From positions 62,001 to 126,000 of the forward strand of contig CDMY01001064.1 in NCBI GenBank assembly GCA_001179505.1: a DNA stretch of 64,000 nt. The letters are read 5' to 3'. Origin of the DNA: Vitrella brassicaformis CCMP3155. Its lineage: Eukaryota > Protista > Chromerida. The first letter of the stretch is position 1. Every line of letters begins with the position of its first letter. Under the pieces are notes generated by a model. That model saw only the letters and a program-made list of their open reading frames with translations, did not search any database and was not told the origin of the DNA. Position numbers and translations under genes: made by a program. This document shows, piece by piece, positions 29,194 through 42,239 of the stretch.

Positions 29194-32100
29194 ATGAGAG
29201 AATTGATGAGAGGGATGCAAGAAGGTCCCAAGGGGCCTAGAATGGCCCTCGCCTTCGACGCGCCGATGACTTTTCGCCAGCAGAACCCGTACCCACCGCT
29301 GCCGCCCAATGATACGATGGCTGGTAGGCAGAGATGGAACCAACAAAGGAACACACACACAGGCGTACATGCGTTGACGAGTTGATGCACAATGCACATG
29401 CATGCAGGTGAGAGTGGCGTGCGGCAGGGAGGGAGGGGTGGAGAGTCGAATGCTGGCGCTCCACCGATGCCCAAGTCAAAGAACATGGTATGTACTCCCA
29501 CTCACACATGCACTCATCTGCCTGCCTGCCTGCCTGCCTGCCTGCCAATCCATGCGATTAATGCCCTGTCTGGTTGCCTGCCTGTTTGTGCGTGTGTATC
29601 ATTCTGTCAGTTTGCCGCGGGGGGCGACCAGAACACCATCCAGACCAGTAGCAACAGCTCGTCACACGTCCTACCACCCGCACTCGCACCATCGCCCGCC
29701 ATCTCGTCCACCAACAAGCAGACCAAACGGAAGAAGATCAGCAACGCACCCGCAAAAGTCACCAAGCGCACTGTACCATCAGCACCACCTCAACCACCAG
29801 CCGCCCTTGCTGCTGGTGCTGCGTCGTCCCCATCTACCGCTAATGCTGCAGGGATGCTGTCTATGGGGGCCATGCAGCAGCAAGCGCTCGGCGGGCTGCA
29901 TCTCGAGAAGGACATGTTGGTGACCCAGTGGACGTCGAAGCAAGAGGCTGGTGCTTCACACGCTGTCGGTCTGACGGCAACGGCCGCGGGGCCACCAGGG
30001 ATGACAGCTGCGGGTGTTGATACGAGCAGCGGTCCGCCAGGGATGGGACGGGGGGGTCTTGCAAATGGTAGTGAAGATATGAGGGTGCCTTCGGGCCTGG
30101 TGCCGCATGCAGGTCAGTCAGTCGCGCAAGAGAAGGACAGGCATGGAACAGGAGTCTTTTTCTGCCTCATTGTGTGTGGGGGGATGTGTTGTGTTGTGCA
30201 AGTGGCGTGTCTATGTCGGAGAGTCAGGGGATGGGTTACGCGTTCCCAGGAGGGCCCACGCAGCAGGGCAAGGCTCTACTGCCCACACAAATGCGTAAGC
30301 ACCGATGCACTCGATGGACGACACACACACACACGCGCGCGCGCGCGCGTCCACGACCGGTCACACCTGTGCACCCATCTGTATGCATGTGCTGAATCCA
30401 GATGCTCGCGTACCTCAATCGCAGTGGTACCCTCTCCCTCCCCACCCCCCACACATGCATCAGCAGCAGCGGCAGGACCCTTCTCCCATTCACGGCGAGG
30501 TTTCCTTTGCCAAGTCTGAGCAGCAGCAGCACCAGGGTGCCAACTTCAATCACTGGATGCACGCCCCCCCCATTCATTCCCCAATTGATGTCACTCGATC
30601 ACCCCTATCACCACCCCCAGCCAACAGAGCAACCTGATGCACCTGATGGCTTGCCCAACTCCGTCACAGCGCCTGTGCCGGAGGACAGTGGTGGAGGTGT
30701 TTTCGATCCGCTGGTAGAGCCCTCCCCGTCTCCCGGCAAGGTGTTCAGTGACTCCGAGGACTCGAGGATGAAGCCAGAGCCCGACAATGGGTGGGAGGCA
30801 GAGGGAGAAGGGGCAGACTGGATGGAACAATGCACCAATGGGTGCCCACGCCCCGGTGGTGGGCTCGGCAGAGGGCTGCTGGAGACCTACGAACCGTTCA
30901 GAGAGCCTTCCATCCCCTTGGACTCTTCTCGTGCCGACAACGACGACGGTTCAGGGCCCAGGACTTATCTGGTCAAGGTTTCCGGGCCTGACCCGACGAG
31001 GGCCTGGGGTGCTGCCATGCAGACCGGGGAGGTGCCCGATATCGATGGAGATGAAGACTGGGGCTCGCCGGGGCCCAGACGCCGTTTTCCTATGACGGCT
31101 GCTGCCTCTCACATGCACGAAAACAATGACGACCCGCCCCCAGGTGAGCTCTCTCTCACACACACACACAGAAGGGAAGGAAAGACGGCACATTGACACA
31201 CATGGATGCCTTTGTCTCTCCCTCTCTGTCTGTCAGTGTCAGTAGGTGCTGATGTCGATCGTGGCGGCCATGGTGGTCATGCCGACAGGATGAGCTCGGT
31301 GCGCCCTCACCATCTCACCCTGCTGCAGCCACCGCCACCGCCGCCGTACCCTCCTCCACCTGCCCCATTCCCGATGCCACGCATTCTCACGCCACCGCTC
31401 ACACGGAAGCCAGGGCCTCCTCCACCGCACAATCGCGGCCCGGGTGTGAGGATGGCTAGAGGGATCCAGGAGGTGCCCACGGGGCCCAGGACTCCCCTCG
31501 AATTCGGGCGGCCGCAGATCCTCCCCCATCAGCAGCAGCAGCAGCAGCGGCATTTCCCGTGGCCACCAAACCGTGTCATGTATGGTAAGCGACAGAAGAA
31601 ATCAAAGCACAAACTATCAGCCACCCACCCACACACACGCGCACACATATCTGTGATGTTGTAGGTGGAGGAGCTCACTATCATCACCCCCAGCATCGCA
31701 CCGCCAAGATGCACGAGAGACACAAGGGCTACCAGGGCACTTGGAGGGGCCAGAACGACAGTGGACGGAGGAGGGAGGAGTTGACGGGGGACACTCGAGA
31801 GGGCAGGAAGGGCAGGGACACGGCCAACGATCCTACCGAGAAAACGCTCCCTGGTCATATCAACGGTGAGCGGCGCAGCACTCGCTCACTCTGGGCTGGG
31901 CAATGGTGTGGTGAAATAAATCGTCCTGTCTGCTCGTCGTTCCATCCAGGCCAGCCTGTCTCTCTGCTGCGGCGGGACCCGGACGCGCCACGGGGCAGAG
32001 TGCCTTCAGCAGGGAGGCCGCTCGCGGACCGCGAGAGGGACTACGACGCGGCGAGGCGGAGGATCTTCACACCTGAGGAGCCGCCGCCTGATACGGTATG

Positions 32101-32637
32101 CACGCAGATGGATCACATGGCATGGATACGGGCATGTATGTCATTTCGTGTACTTGCTCGGTATCAGAGTTTCGAGGCACCGATCATCGCCCACGACCAG
32201 CCGTCATCAGAGACAGATGCGACAGGGGCAACGGCCGCCAAGCACGACCGGCCGTCATCGACCACTGATCTAGCCAGGTACGTCGTCACGCCTTAAGGGG
32301 GCAATGAGTGCTTTCACTCATTTGCCGACATGGATGTGGGTGCAGGCATCTGCAGCTGAAGTTGCGTGAGGCCGTCGATTCCGCCTGCCGCAACATCAGC
32401 TGCTGGGTAGACGTGTCGGCCGCAGTGGAAAAGATGATGCCCCACAAAGAGAGCTACGGCATCAAATCCAACCTGATAAATGCGATGGTAAGTTTCTGTG
32501 ACACGACGTGTATGTATGTATGTACGTCTGGGTGGGTGTGTGGATGTCCAGACTGACACCCTGCCCGAGGTCCTGATGCACAACCTCACAAGATCCATTC
32601 ATGTACAGACGCCACGACCGCACACGACGCGCGCGCA

Positions 32638-32672
<35 letters not shown>

Positions 32673-34403
32673 GGAGAGAGAGAGAAGAGAACCACAACCA
32701 TCCATCTACCTATGCCGTACATTTTGTGCAGGTGGCCTCAACAACAGCGGCACACCTGGCCATGCTGGACTTTCGGGCGATGGGCGGCGCGGATGCAGCC
32801 GCCGGTCCATTCGAAACGATGTCGTTGAATCTGTCGACGGGCCTAGCGAGCACCGCCGTCCCCGAGGCATGGATCGCAGCTATCGCAGGTCGGCACACGC
32901 AAACACACACACACACACACGGAGAGAGAGAGAGAGAGAAAGTGTACGATCTCGCCATGACCACGTCTGTACGTGTGCGTGTGCGCTTTCCTTTCCCTGT
33001 CGCATCCGCTCAGCGTCACTGCGCGGGGCCGGCAACTTCTTCCAGGGTGAAGAGAATCTAATCGAGGCGGTTGTGCTGGACCAGCAGGGGGCCGTCATGG
33101 AGCTGTGCGCCGACATAGTCAGCCGGGTTGTGTCGTCGCCCGACCTCATAAGCGCCTACCTGCTCCAGCAGCAGTCCCCACCGCCCATCTCACCAACGCC
33201 ATGGGTGGACGATGACGACAGGCTGGCCGCCCCCAGCCAGCTGCGGCTGCTGGACGCTCAGCCGGGCCGCAAGGACTGGCGGCAGCTCATGTACTTCAGC
33301 AGGGAGATCAGCAGCAGGGCCGCCACCCCCCACCCCACTGCTCAGTCCCGCCCGATCGCCACGGCGTGCACCCCCAGCTTGATGTCGAGCGTATGGTCGA
33401 CCTCCCTGCTCACACCCACTGAAGCCGGTCCGCCCGCACCCTGGCCAGTCTCCCCGCCCACAGTCTCTGGTGCTGGGTTGCCCTCGTTGGCTACGACGGA
33501 CACGCTGGTGGTGCCGGCCGAGGAGGGGGAAGGCGGTAGTTCCACAGCCTCGGACTCCCCGCCTTCGTTGGGCCCTGCGGAGACGCTGGTGACGCCGGCT
33601 TGCAATCGGCAGGGTGGGAGTCATGGAGAGGGCTGGGGACAGGGCGAACAGTCCGTCAAGGACCGAGCGTGGACCGAGAACCAGTACAAGAGGTCCGACA
33701 GACAGATAGACAGAAACACACGCATGCATGTATATGGCTGACTGTTTGTTCGCGATGTTTGTTTCATTTGATCAGTTGGTTGGCTGCCCGCAAGCGGCAG
33801 TATACTTTGTGCGTGCAGCCCTTCTGCTTGGCACACACACTGACTGAAACTCAAGGCACACCGAGGGGTACGTGTATGTGCCTGCCACACAAAAGCACAT
33901 GTATGTCTGTATTTTGTCAATCAGAGACGGCCACGGGGGGCATGAGAAGTGACAACGAGAGAGAGAGAATTCACATCTTCGCAAGTGTGAGAGAGGTGAG
34001 CGCCAAAATACTTTACGGGATCCGTTCCGGCTGCATGTCATTCTTTCGCTTTGCGTGTGTGTGCAATGCAGTTGGCTGCCAGTACCTGCCGAGCGTGTCG
34101 GCGGGTCACTTCCCTGCTATTTCCCGGTCCCCTTGTTGGCCACCCCCCCCCGACCAGGTACGTAAGTATGTATCCATGTATGTATGTGTTGCCTGCCTGG
34201 CCGATCCACACCGTCCTGTCTGGTGTGAACCGTTTTGGTGCAGGCTTCCGAGGTATCCAGCCCCATTGCTCGTGACCGAGTCGCCCCCACCCATGCGAGC
34301 CAGCACAGGAGCCACGCGCACTAGCAGCCGCACGTGGCCCTGCCGCCAAGGAACGCACTGGCTGCTCACCCCGTGGCCAACCGGCACATGTGCAAGAAAT
34401 TAG
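29194..34403 (+). CDS. Large low-complexity (P/G/Q-rich) multi-exon protein with a SUZ-like motif; possibly RNA-associated
   Basis: Chain of plus-strand exons with GT-AG introns. Motif RPLADRERDYDAARRRIF (~32012-32068) resembles the SUZ consensus ERE..Y..AR.RIF. The 3' end is uncertain (33952-34403). Confidence 0.55.
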
Positions 34404-35148
34404 GGGCTGGCTGCAGTGCTTGCGGGCCTGGCGGGATGCATGGTGATGTGGCTGTGGAGGTATGTGGCGGACAGCCCGGGACGCGAGCAGGCGACTAAGG
34501 GGGAGAGATGCGGTGATGGTGGTGGGGAGGAGATGGAGAGACAGAGCCGTCGTGTTGCTCACTTGACACGAATGGAATGCCGACCGACCGAGACTCACAT
34601 GTATGATACATTCCTGTGGATACTTGCATCCATGTGATGTGCCCTGGCCTGGAGTGTAGAATGGGAGAGGGGTCGGGTGTTGTGTTGGGGCTGACAGACA
34701 GACACATGTATGGATGGACGCGCAAGCGCAAAGACACTCAGATGGGACGGGACACCGGAGACGCTTGTGTGTGCGAGAATCTGACAGACGATTGCTGCCT
34801 GTCGTGGGTCCATGAATGCATGTATGAGCCTCCCATCAGTCAGCATCGAGTGCTGCCTGCGTTACGCTCTCCTGTGGATGTGAGCACCACCCGCAATGAA
34901 TGCGATCCTCCCCATTTTGTCGCTCTTGACTTCGTACGTACGGCACAAGGCTCATCCGTAGCTGGCAATATGTGGCCGCTTTGGAACTCACTCAAGTGTA
35001 TCATTGAATGCATCAATCAAACGGATGGGCATTGTCGTGCAAGTCCGCAAAACTGTCAGTGACTTTTTTGCCCCCCAATCAACACGACAACACGCACCAT
35101 CGAAAGCCAATCCCTCGACTACAGGACCATACGTTGTAGGCCCACCCA

Positions 35149-36204
35149 TCACACATCCTCCTCATCATCGTCAATAATCACCAGCCCCGGCTGCACGACC
35201 TCGGCCTCAAGATCGAAGCGCCGCAAAACGGGCCGCAGCAGGCGCATCGACACCGGGAATCGGACGGTCATCGGCTGGGCGGCCTCGGCAGCAGGCGGCT
35301 CCGTAGTAAACAGAAAAAGCTGGCTGTGCTTCACCTCCAGATGGACGATGATCACCTTGTTGGCTCGGGAGTCGCTGAGTACCAGAATGCGACGGTAGAT
35401 AGATGTGCGCTGATAGGCAAGAGATGTGGCACAATAAGGATGTTGATGTGCATCGGTCATCTCGAAGCGACACTCGCCAGCGATACCCTCCACCCCGCTG
35501 ATCCCCTCGGTCATCAGACGCCGAATGCGACGGTCAGGCAGGCGGCACTCGAGAAGTTGTTTGTAAGAACAGGGAGCCTCAGGAAAGCGACGGTCAGGAC
35601 GCCCGACAGAACAAATGGGCTTCAGCCGCTTGCCCGCGGCCTTGCGGCTCCATTCAGCCAGCAGGTGCACCAGAGACAAAGAGAATGAGGGATAAAAGAT
35701 ATCTTTCCTTTGCCGCTTCCTGCAGCGAACAACAGGGTCCGTCATCTGGTAGGCTTCAGCGTAGCCATGCCAGGGAGGCAAATCGCCCAGCCGCACCACA
35801 TCAAAGGCCTCGTCGTATATGCTGCATGCCCCGTTGTCATCGTGGTGCAGCGTCAGGCGGCTCCCGTTGCATTCGAGGAGGTGCCCGACGAGCCCGTAGA
35901 GCACCATGGCAAGGGGCAACTTGTCGAAGGCCGTGGCAGTGGGCAATGAATCAGGCGATAGGCGAAGGGGCAGAGGAGAATCGGTTGTAAGCTGACAGAC
36001 AGAGGCCACCCGGATGGTTCGCCCTATCGCTCGCCATTCGTCATCGCCCTGCCGCAGCGCGTACAGGACCTTGAAAACGCCTTCAAGATCATCGATATCG
36101 AAGCTCAGGACGTCCTCCAGGCCGAGGCGGCTCATCTCTTGCTCAATGTGGCTCTTCACTTGCACAAGCACGATGCTGTCTGGTCCGTCGCGGCCTCCGA
36201 GCAT
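35149..36204 (-). CDS. Intronless member of the same lineage-expanded family as 23463-25225; 5' end possibly truncated
   Basis: 351-aa ORF with blocks shared with the 23.5-25.2 kb gene and the 44.2-44.6 kb remnant (RLMTEGISGVEGIAGECRFE; RFPVSMRLLRPVL). An in-frame TGA lies just upstream of the Met. Confidence 0.65.
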   Translation of the reverse strand: MLGGRDGPDSIVLVQVKSHIEQEMSRLGLEDVLSFDIDDLEGVFKVLYALRQGDDEWRAIGRTIRVASVCQLTTDSPLPLRLSPDSLPTATAFDKLPLAMVLYGLVGHLLECNGSRLTLHHDDNGACSIYDEAFDVVRLGDLPPWHGYAEAYQMTDPVVRCRKRQRKDIFYPSFSLSLVHLLAEWSRKAAGKRLKPICSVGRPDRRFPEAPCSYKQLLECRLPDRRIRRLMTEGISGVEGIAGECRFEMTDAHQHPYCATSLAYQRTSIYRRILVLSDSRANKVIIVHLEVKHSQLFLFTTEPPAAEAAQPMTVRFPVSMRLLRPVLRRFDLEAEVVQPGLVIIDDDEEDV

Positions 36205-36968
36205 GAATCGACGAGTTTGCGGAGTAAGGCTCGTCTGGCCGGATCAGGCGACGTGGCCATGTCGGCCGCCTGCCTGAGTGTTATGCTGAGCAGGGAAGGG
36301 AAACCCGAAGGGCTCTTCGACGGCTGGGACGCCATCGGGAAATCGAAAGAGACCTTGGAAGGGGTCAAGGGTTTTTGCCCGAAGCAGCAGCAGCGGTTTC
36401 ACGAAGCACCCTAGGCAAGATTTGCGAGCTTGCTATTGAGCTCGCAGATGTCCTCAGCCTGAACACGACGCGCCATTACACTGCCAATGTTTCTGCCTGT
36501 GCTGTGTGTGTGCCTGCAGGTGGAGATCTACACCGCTGGGCCGATCTGCGCCATTTCCGTGTGTGGTTCTGCGACTGGTGCTGGCGGCCAGAGATCTCAA
36601 CGATTCCACGGTGGCGGCGGCCTGCACATGCTCGCCATGGCGCTGCTCGGCATCGGCAGCACGGCAACATCGCTGACATCAAATCCACCAGGCCGCGAAC
36701 CTCAGCCATCCGGCCACATCATCCTGCTGAGGCGCTCTTTGCAGTGCGAATAAGTCGGTGATGGCTGGTGGGATCGGATCGAGGTGCCGAGAAGGAGGAC
36801 GCATTTTCGCCCGCAAAGGACTGCATCTGGACCGACGTCGTGTGGGCTGTCTATCGGTGTACTCATCTTGTCCTGGAAGCCCCCGTCAGCCGACATCGAG
36901 ACAGATCGCTTCGGGCGCTGGACGCGACACCAACATATCTATTCATCAATATTCATCCATTTCGGCAA

Positions 36969-39900
36969 ATGCTCCTGTTCGAGAGTATTTTCGGTGCTGT
37001 CCTCAAGGCGGGGTGTGCAGCGGTGCCGGTCTGCAAGACCAAGTGCCTCGTGCATGGCACCTGCCACCTCGCCATTGCACACGGGCCCCGCCGCAGCAGA
37101 GCTGCCCTCGCCCTCGCCACTGGTGGCGCCATCCTGTGGGCTACCATCACAATCCAGCGCTTTAAGGTCAGAAATCACACAGACGGGCAAGATCGCAGTG
37201 AGGGACAGACGGCGAGGGCTGGTGGGAGGCAGTGGGTGGTCGGAGAGGGACGGATGGGACAAGTATTGATGCGTGTTGGGCTGTGTGTGTGCAGGAGCGC
37301 ATTATGCGGGCCATGGAGGGCCTCTTCGACCAGCGTGAGGGCCGCCCTCAGCCCCACACCCCCCCAGCACACCCACAAGATCGCCGCCAACTTCAAGAAG
37401 AGGCTCCTCGGCCGCGTGAGTATCCCCAAGCCGAACGCATCACACTTGGAATTACATGAGTGTTCTGTGTGTATCGTGCAGGCATCACGTTTGGCGGTTC
37501 TCCGCGGTTGCTGGCCATCGAAAATGGGCCACGACCACTCGCCATCGAGGACTCGCCAAGACGACCGGTGAGGACACATGATGCCTACTTCAGCTCGCCT
37601 GTGTGAGCAGGTCATCGGCTGTCCATCTGTCCGTTCGTGTGTGTGTGTGTGTGTGTGTCTGTGTGTGTCTGTCAGGACGGGAGTGCGGTACTGGGTGAGG
37701 AGGCCATTCCGGAGATCCCCCGAGCGGCAGACGAGAAGATGATCCCCGTGCACGCAGCTCCAGGTGAGCAACGCAATGCACAGACAAAACATAACTCATG
37801 GACGTGCACTCCTCTCTCCTTCCGGCTGTGTGTGTGTGTGCAGGGGCGTCATTCGCCGCAGCCGTTGCCACCTCCCTGTATGGTGGCCGACAGCCATCCA
37901 TCTCGCCCTCTCTGCCGCCCATCAACTTCATCACCGAACCGTCGACTTCGAGGCGAGGTTACGAAGGCCGGCAGGGAGGAGCCCGTTTCACGACGTTCCA
38001 GGAGCCTCAGCTGCCGTGGGAGGGGCTTGTGCCCGTGGGAGATGTCTACGCGCACGGCAGCAGTAAGCATGGACGCAAGCTAGCAGGGAGGGAGGGAGGG
38101 GATGACCTTCATGACGCTGTTTGACGGTACTCAGGCGACTGTGGCGTATTGGGGCAAGACCTAGACCGGCCATACCGGCGGATGCCCGACAAGATCCTTG
38201 TACGCAAGCCGAGACTCACCCATTTATTTATGCCCATGTGTGTGGTGTGATTGACCGGTGGGTGTGTCTTGTCCAGGCGCTCGAGAACAGGGGCATCTGG
38301 GACATCTCGGTGGGCTCCCCACACAACGCCGCACTCGACGTCGAAGGAGCCATCTGGACATGGGGTATGTATGCGGAATGCGCATGGATTGCGTGCACCT
38401 GCCAATGCGTCCGTTTCTGTCATTGCGTGCGTTTGCCCACCAGGCTGTCCGGATGAGTACGCCCTGGGACGAGCTGGCCAAGACTATGAGCCACGTACGT
38501 ATGTAGGCAGCCGAACGGACACCGTACAGTACACGAGTTATTCGTCATCTGTTGTGTGCGTGCAGTGGCGGTGCGCCACATGCCTGTGCCGGTCAAGAAG
38601 GTAACTCAACACCGACAGACAGACAAGACATGAGAATCTCAATGTACGTGTTTATGTGCTGCACCCATTCAGGTGGTCTGCGGCGACAGCCACACCGCGG
38701 CCCTTTCGTTTGAGGGTCAAGTGTACATCTGCGGCGCGTACAGGGTACAAGTGATTCACTCGGCCCATACATACATGCATCCAGTTCTGTCTGTCTGTCT
38801 GTCTGTCTGTGTACCTATCAGGACACGAGTGGCGTCATCGGCTTCCCGCGCCGTGAGGTGCTCATCACCGGCCTTCCCGAGTCGGCCTCCGAGGACGAAG
38901 TCAGGCGCTGGTTCGGCAAGGTTGTCGGAGATGTCCAAGATGTCCGACTCCGCACGGACGACGAGAAGGACGAGAAGTGAGCAATATGCAGCACCCTGCC
39001 TGCTGTGTGTGTCTCTGTTGGATATTGAAGTGTGTTTGTGTGTTTGTGTGGTGGCAGCGTGGCGCGGGTGGCCTTCTGGACCGAAGCTGCCGTCGACCGA
39101 GCGGCCCAGCTCCGTAGCACGGTGAGAACGGGAGAAGATACGTATGCATCGCGTAAAGGTGTGCATTGAGTGCGTTCCCTCTGTCGCTTCAGTTCTTTAA
39201 GGCGGTCGTGCCGTGCGTGGCCGAGAAACAGAAGTACCCCGCCATGGTGCCCGGCCTGGAGGACGTTGAGCAGGTGGCTAGTGGCGACAACCACACCGTC
39301 GCCCTCTCAACAGAAGGCGTGGTAGGCAATTAAACGACATCCATGGTCTCACATGTGGGTGGATGTATGGATGTTTTCTTTGCTCACGGATGGATGGATG
39401 GATGGATTGCAGCTGATGGTGCTGGGCAGCAACGAGTTTGGGCAGCTGACGATGCCCAACTCCCGCCCAGGCGACTTCATGGCCACAGCCCTGCCCATGA
39501 TGCGCACCACAGAGCAGTAAGCTGGCGGGCTGAGGCGGCACCATAGGTGTTTTGCCTCTGTGAATGCGCACTCCCATCAGGTTGGGGATCGATGGCCGCA
39601 TGACGCGCGTGTGGGCGTTCGGCAACGTGACCTTCATCGCCGCCGACACGGGACGGGCCGGCATCAGATACTACGGGTAAGCTGAGCAAGCAGCAAGGAA
39701 TGTATGCAATCAACAAACGAAGTGTGCCGTGTGCTATGGGTGGATGTGTGGTACGTCAGCTGTGGCATCAACAGCCGGGGGGAGCTGGGCTTGGGCGTTG
39801 TGTGCGAGTTCGTTGACACCGTGACGGAGGTCACTGCCTTGAGGAACAAACACGTACGCGCCACAACCGCAATGAACACGCATTCATGTGTGCATTGAAT

Positions 39901-41660
39901 GTGTGTGTCGTGTATTATTCTGGCAGATCACACACATGGCGGGCGGTGCGCATCACACCGTGGCCCTACTCGACGACGGCTCCTTCATGAGTTGGGGGAA
40001 GCGTAAGCATTCAGCCACCGACACACAAGCAAGCATCACCAGCTCGTCCATGTCTGTTGGTGCGTCCGTGTATGTGTGTGTTTGTGTGTGTGTGTGTGTG
40101 CAGAGGAGCTGACAGGGACGGGCACGCCAGGCAAGGAGGTCCCGATGGCGCTGCCCCTCATGACCACGCGTGTGAGAGTAAGTACATACACCGGGCAGCA
40201 GAGTGACTGAGCGACACAGCCACACACATGACGGCATGACCGTGTTTGGTCGCTCAGGGTGTCAGGCTCGCCACGATTGGCGCGGGCGAGACGCACACTC
40301 TGGCCACAACGACCAACGGCGATGTGCTCAGCTGGTATGCCCGCACATGTCACTTAAGTGAGGCCACACATCCACAGCTGCTGTGTGGTGTGTGATGCTG
40401 TCTCTCATGGTGTCAGGGGTTTCGGCGGGTGCTATCAGCTAGGCACCAGTTTGTCGCGGCTCTCCACGGACAAGGCCTTCCCGGATGTGCGGAGCGTCAC
40501 CGAGCTGGCCCCCTACTGCATCGAGTCGAAGCAGCTGTGTGACATGTTCGTCCTGAAGGTGGGTGGTCTTCGTCCATTGGTTGGTTCATTCATTCAGACA
40601 CGTCATGTATGTATCACTCCTGTACTGCTTGTTGGGCGTGCTGTGTCAGGCGGACGGCAGCGCACAGCACTCGATAGAGCTGGTATGCATGTGTGTCATC
40701 TGGTTGTCGTAGACAAACTTACTTCCTCTGTGCACTTAGGCGTGGACCGGCAAGTGGGAGCGGCTACGTCCATTCCAGCCCACCGCTGTAAACAGTCACC
40801 GAGCTTGTCAACTCCTTCTTCTCACGCACTCGGTATCCCTCATTCCTCTCTGTCTGTTTGTTGCAGGCCGTTGCACCGAGTGACGGCGGCATGCGCGAGG
40901 ACACGGAAGAGGTAATCGATCCGACAGGCACATAACATGACATGCATCCACCCATCCATGGGCAATCTGCTTTGGTGTAGGCGGAAGCCCCTGACCGCCC
41001 CTTCTTCGGCCCTCACCTTCCGCTCTTCGGCCGAGACGCAACATCGACATTCGGCCCGGTCCAGTCCCCACCGATTGTCGAGCTCTCCTTTCAGGGCAGC
41101 AGTCCGTCCCTCCCGTCCTTCCAGTCCGCCCCCCTCTTCGGCCTACCCCAGCAGGCCGACAAGGACAGTGGGACAGCAGCACCAGCAGCAGGAGCAGCAG
41201 AAGGGGCGGCATCGGCATCGCCCTCATCCTCATCCTCTTCGCGGAGACGCGGACGGCGGGGGCGGCTGTCGGGGCCATCGCTGTCCTTCGGCACCGGGGT
41301 TCTTACTGGCCACCAAGGGAGTGGGGCGGGGGCAGCTCTTTTTTCAGCAGCAGCAGCAGCAGCAGCTTCTTCTTCTCCATTTGCTGCCGGCGGTGCGCAG
41401 CAGGGTGGTGAGGGGGGTTTCGGGCCAACCCAGGAGGGCGTGCAGCTGTTCCAGGGTGCCACGGGGGATCTTCAGTACGGCAGCAGCGGTGAGGCACGTG
41501 GGCAGGCGACCACAAGGGGAGAAAGTGCGTGCATGGATGACTGACTGACTCTCTGGCTTTGTCTGGTTGTTGTTGAGCAGCTTCCAGTGGCCGCCGCCGA
41601 CAGGATGAAGGAGAGGAGGAGGACGACAGTTGGATGGACGCGAAACGAAAGCGACGCTGA
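36969..41660 (+). CDS. RCC1: RCC1 (Ran guanine-nucleotide exchange factor) homolog with inserted RRM-like domain, FG-rich tail and C-terminal NLS
   Basis: Seven RCC1-type blades (VYAHGSGDCGVLG, ISVGSPHNAALDVEGAIWTWG, VVCGDSHTAALSFEGQVYICG, VASGDNHTVALS, CGINSRGELGLG, AGGAHHTVALLDDGSFMSWG, IGAGETHTLA, GFGGCYQLG, GSAQHS). Beta-wedge GAYRDTSGVIG. Ends ...MDAKRKRR-stop. Confidence 0.85.
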
Positions 41661-42239
41661 AAACGGTGAGACGGGTTTCTGACCATCCAACTGCGTTTTC
41701 AGCGTCGATCAGTGGGTGTCGACCACTGCTTTCGTTCGTGTGGTTTCTGCAGAGAAAGCGAAACGAGTCGGGCTGCATGAGCCGTCCGCCCTTGCTTCCG
41801 TCCATTCCAGCTTCCGTGTGCGAATGGCTGTGCGACCATGGACAGAGACGTGTGTACGGACACCAGGGCAACAGGAGGGAGAGGTGTGAGATCTTCCGAT
41901 CTTTTGGCCGTCCCTGATTACGAGGGACATGTATGTCGTGTTGCGTACACGTACTTGTTGCGTGTCTGACTGACTCGTCAGCGGTCAATTTTGCCATCCG
42001 TGTTGCGCTCGATAGTGCTGCGCCCTGCACTAACTTGACCCGACTTGACAGAACAGCTGACCTGATTAGTGTAGTTGAGTGCTGTCTGACTTGACGGGTG
42101 GTGGACAGAATCATCGGAACAACCTGGCCTGCAGTGTGAGCCATTTGTGCGTGGTAACACCGTAAACCACATAATCGATTCATCGAGAAGCAGTCTCATC
42201 CATCGTCCGCACAAAGGAAAACGCGAACCAAAAGCCCCT

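Noticed and set aside
36245-36900. Exon-like plus-strand segments upstream of RCC1 (VEIYTAGP...)
   Set aside because: No consistent frame or recognisable domain; possibly a decayed fragment, but unsupported.
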